From: a virus
Virus record (IMG/VR): IMGVR_UViG_3300037606_000123
Span: 32,001 to 96,000 of that record
DNA: 64,000 bases
Reading direction: 5' to 3' (one strand)
Position numbers and translations under genes: made by a program. A model generated the notes under the pieces. The model did not search any database. It saw only the letters and a program-made list of their open reading frames with translations, and was not told the origin of the DNA. This document shows positions 8,548-19,973 of the stretch, piece by piece (within the stretch, counting starts at the first letter, position 1; every line of letters starts with the position of its first letter).

Positions 8548-9523
8548 TTGGAACAATGAAAAGAGCTCTTGGACCGTTGGGAAAGGAAAAGGGTACTTTC
8601 ATCTCCTTTCCGCATTTGTTGCAATTAGTTTTTACGCTATCAACACCAAATCCCATTAAATCTATTGTATCATAAATAAATTCAAAAACTTCATTATTTA
8701 TTTTTGTAAAGTTATATTCTTCTTGTTCTAATTGTTCTATACTTAAACGTTTAACACCTAAACCAGCTTTTATATAACCGATACATTGCATAAATGTTAC
8801 ATTAGGTAATTTTTTACCTTGTGATTTATTTGTTACATAGAATATATAAGTATTAATATCTTCTGTTAAACCTATTGTTGGAGGTGCTAATTTATAATCA
8901 ATATCACCACCATTAATAGTTAAAGGAAATTTATATATTCTATCAATATTATCAAAAAATTCAGCAATATCTTCATTTTCTTCTTTATAAATATAATTAG
9001 CTGGAATTAATTCTACTAATTGTTCATCATTACTATTATTACAATCACAGTTAATTACTTTTTCATTTTTTCTACCATGTTTAGCACTAATTTTAGATAT
9101 TATTATAATTAGTGTATTTCTATCACCGTCTTGTAAATCTTTATATGATCCTAATAGCCCATCAATATTTTGAAATTTAACACAAGATGATAATAATTCA
9201 TTTAATTTTAATTGAACATCATATGGGTGTTCTTCATTAATAACAGCGAAAGCTTGAATTTCTTTTGTTGTTGTTGGTCTAACAAATATGCGTGTTCCAA
9301 TTTTATAAAATTTACCATAAGGTAAATCTTCTAAAGGTATGTTTTGCCATTCATCATTTAATTCAATTTTATCAACTTTTTGTCGTGTATTATTACCAAA
9401 ACTTTCAATATTTGAATTTTCATTAATATGTGTTGTTTGTCTTTCTGTATTAGAAATAAAATCCATTAAATGATCTTCTTTATTTTTGTCTTCATTATTT
9501 TTGTTTTCTATATTATCTGACAT
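8513..9523 (-). CDS. Baseplate hub subunit (T4 gp26-like)
   Basis: VRPTTTKEI, two Cys-pair motifs (CDC, CNKC), KLAPPTIG, C-terminal F-rich end. Confidence 0.6.
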   Translation of the reverse strand: MSDNIENKNNEDKNKEDHLMDFISNTERQTTHINENSNIESFGNNTRQKVDKIELNDEWQNIPLEDLPYGKFYKIGTRIFVRPTTTKEIQAFAVINEEHPYDVQLKLNELLSSCVKFQNIDGLLGSYKDLQDGDRNTLIIIISKISAKHGRKNEKVINCDCNNSNDEQLVELIPANYIYKEENEDIAEFFDNIDRIYKFPLTINGGDIDYKLAPPTIGLTEDINTYIFYVTNKSQGKKLPNVTFMQCIGYIKAGLGVKRLSIEQLEQEEYNFTKINNEVFEFIYDTIDLMGFGVDSVKTNCNKCGKEMKVPFSFPNGPRALFIVPNAFKQYIRQRI

Positions 9524-9600
9524 GCTTTATTAATATTTTTTTATTATAATTTATATATTTTATAAATGTCTTTACCTATTTTTAATTAGATAATAAAAAA

Positions 9601-9681
9601 AAACCACAGAGTAGCGAATTCTGTGGTTTCTATAGCCGAAACTATACCCGGTCCTAATCGTGAGACATACGCCTCGGGTTC
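9601..9681 (+). ncRNA. Structured intergenic element resembling 23S rRNA H69/H70 in permuted order; its first hairpin also forms a minus-strand terminator
   Basis: GTAGCGAA loop at 9611-9618 in a 10-bp stem; GCCGAAACTATACCCGGTCCTAA at 9635-9657. Confidence 0.55.
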
Positions 9682-9695
9682 TTAAAATAATATAA

Positions 9696-10514
9696 TTATA
9701 TTATTTTTATATCTATTTTATTTGTAATAAAAGGATTTAATTTATTTGTTGTAACTAAATTCAAATATAATTCAGGTTTATAAATACTAACATATTCTTC
9801 AATTTTTTGTTTTAACCATGGTATAGTATTGATTAAATATTTTTGTAACCATATATTTATATTTTTACATTCTTCAATATTTGCATCTTCATCATCATAA
9901 AAATTAGAAACTTTATATTTATCTAATATTATTGGTTCAAATTTACTATCTTCTATTTTATATCCGATAATATTTTGTAATATACAATTCATTTTTTTTT
10001 CACTTGTTGTGCCTACAGAATTGATTACCGTAGGATCATTAACAAAAATAAAATCGGTTAATTTAATATTATGTTTATCAAGATTATCTTTCAATTTATT
10101 TAATATTTTTTTGTGTGCTTTTTTATTACCTCTTGCAGTTAAAATATTAATAATATCTTTTGTTCCGGATAAATGTATAATATTATTAATATAAACAAAT
10201 AAATTTTCTGTTTGTTTATCAATTAAATCGTTATCATTATATTCTCTTAATGATAATCCAATATCAATCATTTCAATACTTTTAATTCTTTGTATTTTTA
10301 CAAACAATTCATTTGGTAACCATCCACTAAAACCGTTATATGTAAAATAATGATTATCATTTTTGTAATTACCACTTAATATTAAATATCCATCATTAGG
10401 TTTAATACGTAATATTGGTTTACTTGGATTTTTTTTATCAACAATCCACCATTTACTATTTGTATTCCATAATGTATAATCAGCATCAAACCAATGTATT
10501 ATTTCATTTTTCAT
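9696..10514 (-). CDS. HAD-superfamily phosphatase-like protein
   Basis: N-terminal WFDADYTLW, ILTARG, FYDDED motifs. Confidence 0.65.
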   Translation of the reverse strand: MKNEIIHWFDADYTLWNTNSKWWIVDKKNPSKPILRIKPNDGYLILSGNYKNDNHYFTYNGFSGWLPNELFVKIQRIKSIEMIDIGLSLREYNDNDLIDKQTENLFVYINNIIHLSGTKDIINILTARGNKKAHKKILNKLKDNLDKHNIKLTDFIFVNDPTVINSVGTTSEKKMNCILQNIIGYKIEDSKFEPIILDKYKVSNFYDDEDANIEECKNINIWLQKYLINTIPWLKQKIEEYVSIYKPELYLNLVTTNKLNPFITNKIDIKII

Positions 10515-10855
10515 ATTTTTTCAATTGGAAAATCACCTTTTATTTTTATACCTTTAAATGTTCCATCTTTAAACACACCATTATTCCATGTACCTTTAAA
10601 TGTTCCGTTTAAAAATATACCACCATTCCAAATACCAGATCTAAAATCACCAGTTTCAAATATACCCCATTCCCATACACCCCAATAAAAAACACCAGAT
10701 TTCCAATGTAATAAATTGTTTTTTATTTCAATACATACATCATCTAATTCACATGTTAATAACCAATTAAAATTAGATGTATATAAATACTGTTCTATTA
10801 ATTTAGAAGATGTTAAATGTAAACTTTCCGTTTTAAGTTCTAAAAATCTTTGCAT
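10511..10855 (-). CDS. Hypothetical protein with GxW/GxF pentapeptide-like repeats
   Basis: GVWEWGIFETGDFRSGIWNGGIFLNGTFKGTWNNG. Confidence 0.7.
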   Translation of the reverse strand: MQRFLELKTESLHLTSSKLIEQYLYTSNFNWLLTCELDDVCIEIKNNLLHWKSGVFYWGVWEWGIFETGDFRSGIWNGGIFLNGTFKGTWNNGVFKDGTFKGIKIKGDFPIEKI

Positions 10856-10868
10856 ATTAAATTATATA

Positions 10869-11333
10869 TTAAAATAATGATTCAATACTAGAACCATATA
10901 CTAATTGATCAAAGGATTGTTCAAAAATTATATTAACCGGTATTTCACCTTTATTTGCATTGTAAAACATATTAGCCATTTGTTGTATACTAAAACCTGA
11001 TAATAATTTTATATTTACACCGTAAGCAATAAAAAATTCCATTTGTGGATTATCGATAGCAAATAAATATAATTCTCTTATATCTGATTTTATTTTCTTT
11101 GTTGGAATAGAAGGATTCTTTTTTATGCGTAGGTCTTTAGTTATAATACCATACGACTGTCCCATTATACCTTTTCCTTGTCCCTGTTGCGCCCCAAATG
11201 TTTTTTTGGCAATTAGTGCAGCTCCTTTACCATGACGTCCCTCAGGGTTCGAACCAAATACAAATATTTGATTTGATTCTAATTTATTTAAATGTCCGGT
11301 ATATGTTTTTCTTTTATTCATACATATATTCAA
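10869..11333 (-). CDS. A1S_2505-family (macrodomain-like) phage protein
   Basis: IFVFGSNPEGRHGKGAA and GQSYGIIT motifs. Confidence 0.7.
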   Translation of the reverse strand: MNICMNKRKTYTGHLNKLESNQIFVFGSNPEGRHGKGAALIAKKTFGAQQGQGKGIMGQSYGIITKDLRIKKNPSIPTKKIKSDIRELYLFAIDNPQMEFFIAYGVNIKLLSGFSIQQMANMFYNANKGEIPVNIIFEQSFDQLVYGSSIESLF

Positions 11334-11776
11334 TTTTGTAAATAATCATATACATCTATCCAATTTTTAAATTTATCAGATCCAAAATGAATTAATTCAC
11401 CAGTGAATTTATCTTGACCACGACCAAAATTGTGATCATCAATTAAATAATCACCAATTAATAATGATTTATTAGAACATATAATTAGTTTTTCTATCCA
11501 TTCTTCACCAACATTATTTTTTATCCAATATGCTTTTTCTGTATAACATAATAAATTTTTAAAACTTGGTGCTGTTAAAAACCAAATATCATATTTAGAT
11601 TGTAATAGTTTAATAGTTTCAATACTATCTTTAATAATTTCCAATTCCATAAAAAAACCATATTGTGATTGTGGATATGGTTGTTCAGGTGTTTTAATTT
11701 TATATTTACTATATGCTTTTTCAACATCCGCTAAAACTCCATCAATATCTATGTATAATATTTTTTTATCTATCAT
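11330..11776 (-). CDS. 5'(3')-deoxyribonucleotidase (NT5C-like HAD)
   Basis: LYIDIDGVLAD, FLTAP, EKAYWI, GDYLIDD. Confidence 0.85.
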   Translation of the reverse strand: MIDKKILYIDIDGVLADVEKAYSKYKIKTPEQPYPQSQYGFFMELEIIKDSIETIKLLQSKYDIWFLTAPSFKNLLCYTEKAYWIKNNVGEEWIEKLIICSNKSLLIGDYLIDDHNFGRGQDKFTGELIHFGSDKFKNWIDVYDYLQN

Positions 11777-11806
11777 ATTTATTATAAGTGAAATTTTATA
11801 AAATGT

Positions 11807-12523
11807 TTAATTTTTCATTATAAATTTAACATAATGTATAGTTTCAGAAATATTTGGAATATTATTACCGGCTAATTGTACATTACCAGGTCCGGCATTA
11901 TATGCAGCAAATGTTAAATCCCATCGTTTATATTTTTTATATAAATAATCTATATAAAATGTACCAATTAATATGTTTTGTTTATTTTTATCTAAATGAT
12001 CTATATTACCATTTTTAGTAACATAACGTTTTTTAATTGCAGTAAATGTTTTTGGCATAACTTGCATATAACCATTTGCACCCATATGTGATTTAGCGTT
12101 AGGATTATATTTACTTTCTTGCCATATCAATCTATAAATATATTTTAATGGAATAGAATATTTTTTTGACATTTTATGAATTAACATTATATCATCTTTA
12201 TTAATTTTTTCAGGTATTAATATTTTACCATGTTTAAAAGCTAAATACCTATAATAATCACCATCTTGTTTTAATGAATCTAATTCAATTAAATCAAATA
12301 ATAATGAATCATTAACATAATGAATAGAATCATTATTAAATGTTAAATCATTAATAGTTAAATTTAAATCTGTGATTTTATTATCACGAAATTTATAACC
12401 ATATAACCAACTACTACTAATAGAAATTAATAACATTGGTATAATGATATATTTTTTTTTTGATTTTGTATTAAAAATATATGTAAAATAAATACGTTCA
12501 ATAAATCTTTTAATGTTTTTCAT
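11807..12523 (-). CDS. Lytic transglycosylase (SLT domain) with N-terminal membrane anchor
   Basis: IWQESKYNPNAKS, GANGYMQVMP, AAYNAGPG; hydrophobic segment near the N-terminus. Confidence 0.85.
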   Translation of the reverse strand: MKNIKRFIERIYFTYIFNTKSKKKYIIIPMLLISISSSWLYGYKFRDNKITDLNLTINDLTFNNDSIHYVNDSLLFDLIELDSLKQDGDYYRYLAFKHGKILIPEKINKDDIMLIHKMSKKYSIPLKYIYRLIWQESKYNPNAKSHMGANGYMQVMPKTFTAIKKRYVTKNGNIDHLDKNKQNILIGTFYIDYLYKKYKRWDLTFAAYNAGPGNVQLAGNNIPNISETIHYVKFIMKN

Positions 12524-12532
12524 AATTATTAA

Positions 12533-12958
12533 TTAAAATGGACAATCGTTGTTTAGTTCTGTAATTATTTTAGTATTACATTCAACCCAAAATTGATATG
12601 GTTTACCTGTTTCATCTAAGGTAAATTTTAAATATGAATTATATTTTTTAGTGTTTTCGCTATTAGTTAATATTTGAATATTTGTAATACAATAACCTAA
12701 AATTTCATCAATGCGATCAATATGAAAACTTGTTTTAGATCTACCTTTACCAAAAATATAATTTGTTTCTATTGCAAATTTTTTAAATTCATTAAATGTT
12801 AATGTAAATTCTTTACCTCTACGTTTTGCATTTGTTTTTAAATTTTGAAATGATGATTGTATAGGATTATTTTCTCTATACTTACGACTAATACATTTAT
12901 AACACATCGTTCTATTTTTAACTTTAGTATTACAACAATATTTTGTTTTACATTTCAT
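12533..12958 (-). CDS. HNH-like endonuclease
   Basis: AKRRGKEFTL and HIDRIDEILGYCITNIQILTNSEN. Confidence 0.65.
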   Translation of the reverse strand: MKCKTKYCCNTKVKNRTMCYKCISRKYRENNPIQSSFQNLKTNAKRRGKEFTLTFNEFKKFAIETNYIFGKGRSKTSFHIDRIDEILGYCITNIQILTNSENTKKYNSYLKFTLDETGKPYQFWVECNTKIITELNNDCPF

Positions 12959-13145
12959 AATGCAAATATAATAATAATAAATTAAAAAATAGCAAAATTT
13001 GGTAATATTCTTGTACTACCATATTTCAAAACACATATCTCAAATTTTTGTAGCATGTGTATTACTTTTTATTTATATAGAAATAAAAAACCGACTAAAA
13101 TACGTTTAGCCGGTTTATCTATGAATGTTAAAACATTCGTGCCAC

Positions 13146-13540
13146 GGTGGAGGTGGAGGGATTCGAACCCCCGTTTTTATAAGAAAATTCATTATTTTCT
13201 ACATGTTTATTTATCTTATTCACAAGATAACAAAATATTTATTTTTTGTTATAACAAACATTTTATTCAATTTTAAAGTTTGAATAAAAAACAACTTTTT
13301 GTTTACTGATTGGTTAATCCTTTCGGATCGACTTAAGCTGTTGCTAATTCAAAAGCTGTCTCAGTTACTACAGCTGTAGAAGAAACTTCTACTGAACCAC
13401 CTAAGTCAGAAACTAATTTGTTAAAAGAAGTTTCGTTTTTAAAGTTTGCATTTATTTTTTAGTACTTTATTTAAGTGTATTTACAAAAACACTACATGCT
13501 TATATTGATCATACATTACAAATCAAATCCAAACACCCCC
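13146..13540 (-). ncRNA. ssrA: tmRNA; tag ORF 13449-13333 encodes ANFKNETSFNKLVSDLGGSVEVSSTAVVTETAFELATA
   Basis: 5' GGGGGTG pairs with 3' CACCTCC-A with G3.U70; T-arm GGGGG-TTCGAAT-CCCTC; resume context ATAAAT-GCA. Confidence 0.9.
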
Positions 13541-13612
13541 ATAAATCAAAGAACATATATTTCTATTACAAATATATAAATTATATATTAAAAATAAAAA
13601 TATGTTTAATTT

Positions 13613-14224
13613 TTATTTTATTTTATCAATTGCACCATATGTAATTGCATCTTTAGCTTTCATCCAATTATCACGTTCAGCATCTTTTAAAACTTTTTTA
13701 TATGAAACACCTGTATGTTTAGCTATAATTTCAATTAAATCATGTTTTATACTTTGCATTTCATTATTATAAATAGCAATATCAGTTGCTTGTGAAAAAT
13801 GCATTCCACCTAATGGTTGATGCATCATCATTTTACTATTAGGTAAAATAAATCGATTTCCTTTTTCACCACAAATAGCTAATATAAATGCCATACTTGC
13901 AGCTAATCCTACAACACATGTATACACAGGACAATCAATCATTTGAATTGTATCATAAATAGCTAAACCATCATAAACAGATCCACCTGGACTATTAATA
14001 TACAACCAAATTGGTTCAGATTTATCAGAATTATTATCTAAAAATAATAGTTGTGCTATTATTGTATTTGCAATAAAATCATCTATCTCTTCACCTAAAA
14101 AAATAATTCTATCTTGCATTAATCTATCAAACACTGATAATATTTGCATATTAGAATTACTCTCTTCAATAACCATTGGTGTAAAACTTTTTGGTTTTTT
14201 AAATACTGATGAAACTTTTGTCAT
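13613..14224 (-). CDS. clpP: ClpP protease subunit
   Basis: DRIIFLG, YINSPGGSV, GLAASM, MMHQPLGG, ERDNWM. Confidence 0.95.
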   Translation of the reverse strand: MTKVSSVFKKPKSFTPMVIEESNSNMQILSVFDRLMQDRIIFLGEEIDDFIANTIIAQLLFLDNNSDKSEPIWLYINSPGGSVYDGLAIYDTIQMIDCPVYTCVVGLAASMAFILAICGEKGNRFILPNSKMMMHQPLGGMHFSQATDIAIYNNEMQSIKHDLIEIIAKHTGVSYKKVLKDAERDNWMKAKDAITYGAIDKIK

Positions 14225-14279
14225 ATTTTATAAAATATTTTTTATTTATATGTATAAATATATAACTTGTTTATAAAAA

Positions 14280-14311
14280 AAAAAACACTATAATTAATTA
14301 TAGTGTTTTTT
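14280..14311. terminator. Palindromic terminator
   Basis: AAAAAACACTATAATT|AATTATAGTGTTTTTT. Confidence 0.7.
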
Positions 14312-14336
14312 ATAAAAAAAAAAAATAAGAATATGA

Positions 14337-15227
14337 CTATAATACCATTGTTGGCTTATATCCGTATTTAATTTTTAAATCTTCTTGCATTGGACATAAT
14401 TCATTCCAAGAAAAATATTGTCCTGGAATTTCTTCTAACTCAATTAAAATGTTTTTTACAACATCGTCTTCAAATTCTTCATCTTCAAATTCTTCATCAT
14501 AATAATATTTTTCATCACGAGAAAAATATTCTACTTCATCAGTTGCATCATCTTCAACATTACTATTAGTATTATCGTAAATCATTGCAACAGTTCCAAC
14601 ACCACCTGTTATAATTCGCAAATTACCGTTTACACCTTCAACATAAATAAGATCACCCAATTTTGGAATTAATACTGAACCAACTGGTTCATTACTTGAT
14701 TGTTTTGAAATTTCATTATTTATAATATCATCAACAAAAATTTCTAGTTGTGTTTTGGTTTTATATTTACCTAAATTTGGTGCATCAAAATTAATACTGT
14801 TAATAATTTTTTCAAAATCAAAATCATCTTCTGGTGTTTCAAATTTAGATTCTAACTGATCAAAATTAATACTGTTGTTAATTTTTTCAAAATAAGAATC
14901 ATCTAAAGTTGCTTCTGGTGCAATATTAAATTGTTTCATTTTTGTTGGATATAGTGTTGCAAAATTAATACTGTTTTCTTTAATCATTGCAGCTTCAAAA
15001 ATCGCACGACCAGTATGAATATCAAATTTAGTTTCCACTATATTTGTTTTTTGAATTGAATCTGGTAATGAATCTAATTCAACAACTTTTACATTATCTG
15101 TTTTAATATTAAGATTTTTAATAACATCATTGAATGGTGCTGTTGGATCCATACATTCAATAATTTTTTTATCGTTATCGTAAATTGCATACGACGTAGT
15201 ATTTTTTAATGTTATTACTGTTATCAT
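14337..15227 (-). CDS. Hypothetical acidic protein with a short internal repeat
   Basis: FEKINNSINFD / FEKIINSINFD repeat; TATATTTG box upstream. Confidence 0.7.
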   Translation of the reverse strand: MITVITLKNTTSYAIYDNDKKIIECMDPTAPFNDVIKNLNIKTDNVKVVELDSLPDSIQKTNIVETKFDIHTGRAIFEAAMIKENSINFATLYPTKMKQFNIAPEATLDDSYFEKINNSINFDQLESKFETPEDDFDFEKIINSINFDAPNLGKYKTKTQLEIFVDDIINNEISKQSSNEPVGSVLIPKLGDLIYVEGVNGNLRIITGGVGTVAMIYDNTNSNVEDDATDEVEYFSRDEKYYYDEEFEDEEFEDDVVKNILIELEEIPGQYFSWNELCPMQEDLKIKYGYKPTMVL

Positions 15228-15337
15228 GTTTAATTATTTAATTATTTAATTATTTATACAAATATAACAATAATTTTTAATAAACAAAAAATAATATATA
15301 ATTATTCAATATATAATAAAAAAGAATAACATTAAAT

Positions 15338-15694
15338 ATGAAATTACAAATAAACGGTTTTGATATTGAAATAAACACAGATGAAGCAAATATCACAATG
15401 AAAGTAATGGATGCTAATGGAAAAGAATTATCAAATAACACTTTCACACAATCAATGGAACAAACAGATGATGTTATTGATGTAGATATGCCAGAAACAG
15501 ATGAAATAGCTGATGAAGTTGTTGAAGATGAAATAGCTGATGATGTTGTCGAAGATGATGTTGTTGAAGATGATGTTGTTGAAGATGATGAAGTTGAAGA
15601 TGATGAAGTTGAAGATGATGAAGTTGTTGAAGACGAAGTTGGTGAATCTTTTATATTAAATTTTGAAGATTTTAAAAAACAATTAAATAAATAA
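15338..15694 (+). CDS. Highly acidic low-complexity protein
   Basis: (V)EDD(E/V) tandem repeats; followed by terminator AAAGTCCAG..CTGGACTTT. Confidence 0.75.
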   Translation: MKLQINGFDIEINTDEANITMKVMDANGKELSNNTFTQSMEQTDDVIDVDMPETDEIADEVVEDEIADDVVEDDVVEDDVVEDDEVEDDEVEDDEVVEDEVGESFILNFEDFKKQLNK

Positions 15695-15726
15695 AAAAAA
15701 GTCCAGTTTAACTGGACTTTTTTATT

Positions 15727-15888
15727 TTAAGAATTTTGTAATTCTATTGCGTCAGCAAGTTTTAATAATGTTGGTAAATCTTCAAATGATTTTGCAACTA
15801 AACCTAATAACTCTTTATTATGATTTTTTTTAGTAACTTTTACTAAAGCTTTTTCTGATGCTGTTTTTTTAACTATTAATTGATTCAT
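15727..15888 (-). CDS. Small hypothetical protein MNQLIVKK...ELQNS (53 aa), absent from the ORF track
   Basis: Read manually; sits directly downstream of kptA. Confidence 0.55.
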   Translation of the reverse strand: MNQLIVKKTASEKALVKVTKKNHNKELLGLVAKSFEDLPTLLKLADAIELQNS

Positions 15889-15899
15889 ATTTTATTTAT

Positions 15900-16442
15900 T
15901 TATTTATTTAAAAATTGATTTTCTACGTCTGGTGTTAAATAAACATTATTATCTGATAAATATAATTTTCCTTTATTAGATAAATAATTTTTAACATCCA
16001 TTGTAATTATAACTCCTGTTGATTTATTTTTTATTGCTTTTTGATTCGCTCTAAATTGAGCCAATTCAAGATTTGTAGTCCAATGTACATGTTGTCTGTT
16101 ACCTGCTCTTAAACTTGATAAAATGATTAAATCATGTGCTTTCTGATCGGTTCCATGATATAACAAAAATGTTTTTTGTATCGATGTAATTTGAGATAGT
16201 TTTTTGTTTATTGCAACATTTGATGAATGACCTTGATTTGCACATATTAATGTTTCATCATCATTAAAACTAAATCTTTTTTTATCGTTTGTTTCAACTA
16301 TATTTTTTAAATCAATTAATGTAATATTAAAATGATTTAAAATACTATCAACACACATCCAACCATCAGAATTTAATTTTAAAGGTGTTGGATCATGTCT
16401 TAATAATTTACTTAATGTTCTTGATATTTTATCTAAATTCAT
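15900..16442 (-). CDS. kptA: RNA 2'-phosphotransferase Tpt1/KptA
   Basis: SRTLSKLLRH, DKKRFS, ANQGHS, LYHGT, RQHVHW. Confidence 0.88.
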   Translation of the reverse strand: MNLDKISRTLSKLLRHDPTPLKLNSDGWMCVDSILNHFNITLIDLKNIVETNDKKRFSFNDDETLICANQGHSSNVAINKKLSQITSIQKTFLLYHGTDQKAHDLIILSSLRAGNRQHVHWTTNLELAQFRANQKAIKNKSTGVIITMDVKNYLSNKGKLYLSDNNVYLTPDVENQFLNK

Positions 16443-16461
16443 ATTACAATAATATAAATAA

Positions 16462-16941
16462 TTATTCACTTATAAAATATTTTAATACTAACATATTTTC
16501 TAATGTTATATTATCTGGTAATTGATCTAATTCAATTTTATTGAATTCAACAGTTGTTTTCATTTGTAAATTTTTATTATATTTAGAAATCTGTATGTCA
16601 CGTTCTTCAATTATATTAGTATAATTTTTTTTTAATAAATTAATATCAATAAGCCATTGTTCATCTGTTTCATCAATATCGTAACCATTATTTGAATTTA
16701 TTAATGGATTATTTGATGCATCACGTTTAGTATATTTATCACATAAGAATATTCTTTTTTTATCATATTCTTCAAATTCATCTGATGGTTTAACCGAATT
16801 AACCAATTCATTTATTGCATCATCTAAAATAACAATATTTTTAGATATTGTAAATGTAAGTTTTACACCTTCTAGTTTTTTTAATGATTCTAAATTACTT
16901 TTTAAAGCATCTGATAATATAAATAAGTCTATATTTTTCAT
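16462..16941 (-). CDS. Hypothetical protein
   Basis: Intact ORF in operon. Confidence 0.65.
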   Translation of the reverse strand: MKNIDLFILSDALKSNLESLKKLEGVKLTFTISKNIVILDDAINELVNSVKPSDEFEEYDKKRIFLCDKYTKRDASNNPLINSNNGYDIDETDEQWLIDINLLKKNYTNIIEERDIQISKYNKNLQMKTTVEFNKIELDQLPDNITLENMLVLKYFISE

Positions 16942-16988
16942 TCTTTTATGTTATAGTTTTTAATTTATATCATATAAATTAAAAAAGT

Positions 16989-17609
16989 TTAATTTAAAAA
17001 AATGTCTGTATGTGATAGTGTATCAAAGTGACCATTAAAATTATCAAACATTTCTGTTGAATAAAATAAAAACCATCTACTATTATTTTCTATAGCATCA
17101 AAAACTTGTAATAACAACATTTTTTTATTTTTTGCTTTCAATGCGTTTTCTATAGCATATGTATGTTGTAGTGTTAAATAGTTTTTGAATTTATCAAATT
17201 TATCTTGTAGCTGATTTGGCATTTTAACTTTATCATCTATTTCTACATTAATAAGTGATAATGTATCTAACATTAATGTTTTAATTAATTTTTTACTATC
17301 TTCAAATGATATTTTTTGACCCTTTTCTAATATATCTTCAATTAATTTTGTCATGTTATCTAAAAATGTATCGATATAGTAATAATATAATTCAGTTTTT
17401 AAATCATTATCAAATTCATTTAATTTAGATTCAAATTTTATTGCTTTTAATGTAACTAATACATTATGATTTTTAATATTATAATTACCACCACCTAAAT
17501 TAGAAAGAAACACATCTGTTAAACCTTCTCGCAATTTTACATTATTAAAAATCCAAGTTGTTAATATTGCACCAATACCAACTATAATTTCTTGTAACCC
17601 AAAAGTCAT
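16989..17609 (-). CDS. Hypothetical protein with N-terminal hydrophobic helix
   Basis: EIIVGIGAILTTWIF followed by a helical region. Confidence 0.65.
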   Translation of the reverse strand: MTFGLQEIIVGIGAILTTWIFNNVKLREGLTDVFLSNLGGGNYNIKNHNVLVTLKAIKFESKLNEFDNDLKTELYYYYIDTFLDNMTKLIEDILEKGQKISFEDSKKLIKTLMLDTLSLINVEIDDKVKMPNQLQDKFDKFKNYLTLQHTYAIENALKAKNKKMLLLQVFDAIENNSRWFLFYSTEMFDNFNGHFDTLSHTDIFLN

Positions 17610-17657
17610 AATATATACATTAATTTTTATAATTTATATATAAAAAATTAAAAACAA

Positions 17658-17810
17658 TTATGAAATAAACACATGACTTGTTTCAGATCCACCACCAATA
17701 TAATCATAATTTGGTCCGTCTAATGAATACGCATCTATATTACCACCAATAACACCAACTGGTAATTCTATAATAAAATTATCAGATGCAAATAATATAT
17801 CATCAATCAT
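17658..17810 (-). CDS. Small hypothetical protein MIDDILFASDN...HVFIS (50 aa), absent from the ORF track
   Basis: Read manually; follows the 700-aa structural gene. Confidence 0.5.
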   Translation of the reverse strand: MIDDILFASDNFIIELPVGVIGGNIDAYSLDGPNYDYIGGGSETSHVFIS

Positions 17811-17826
17811 ATTTATTTTTTATTTT

Positions 17827-19973
<2,147 letters not shown>

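Noticed and set aside
9601-9681. rRNA gene fragment
   Set aside because: Only ~30 nt resemble 23S, the order is permuted and the flanks are unrelated; kept as a mimic finding instead
10009-10688. Plus-strand ORFs 10009, 10415, 10494 and similar short antisense ORFs elsewhere (e.g. 19576, 28659, 39693, 60158-60744)
   Set aside because: Lie antisense within well-supported genes and show no recognisable motifs
13055-13276. 73-aa plus-strand ORF
   Set aside because: Antisense to the tmRNA 3' end and its terminator
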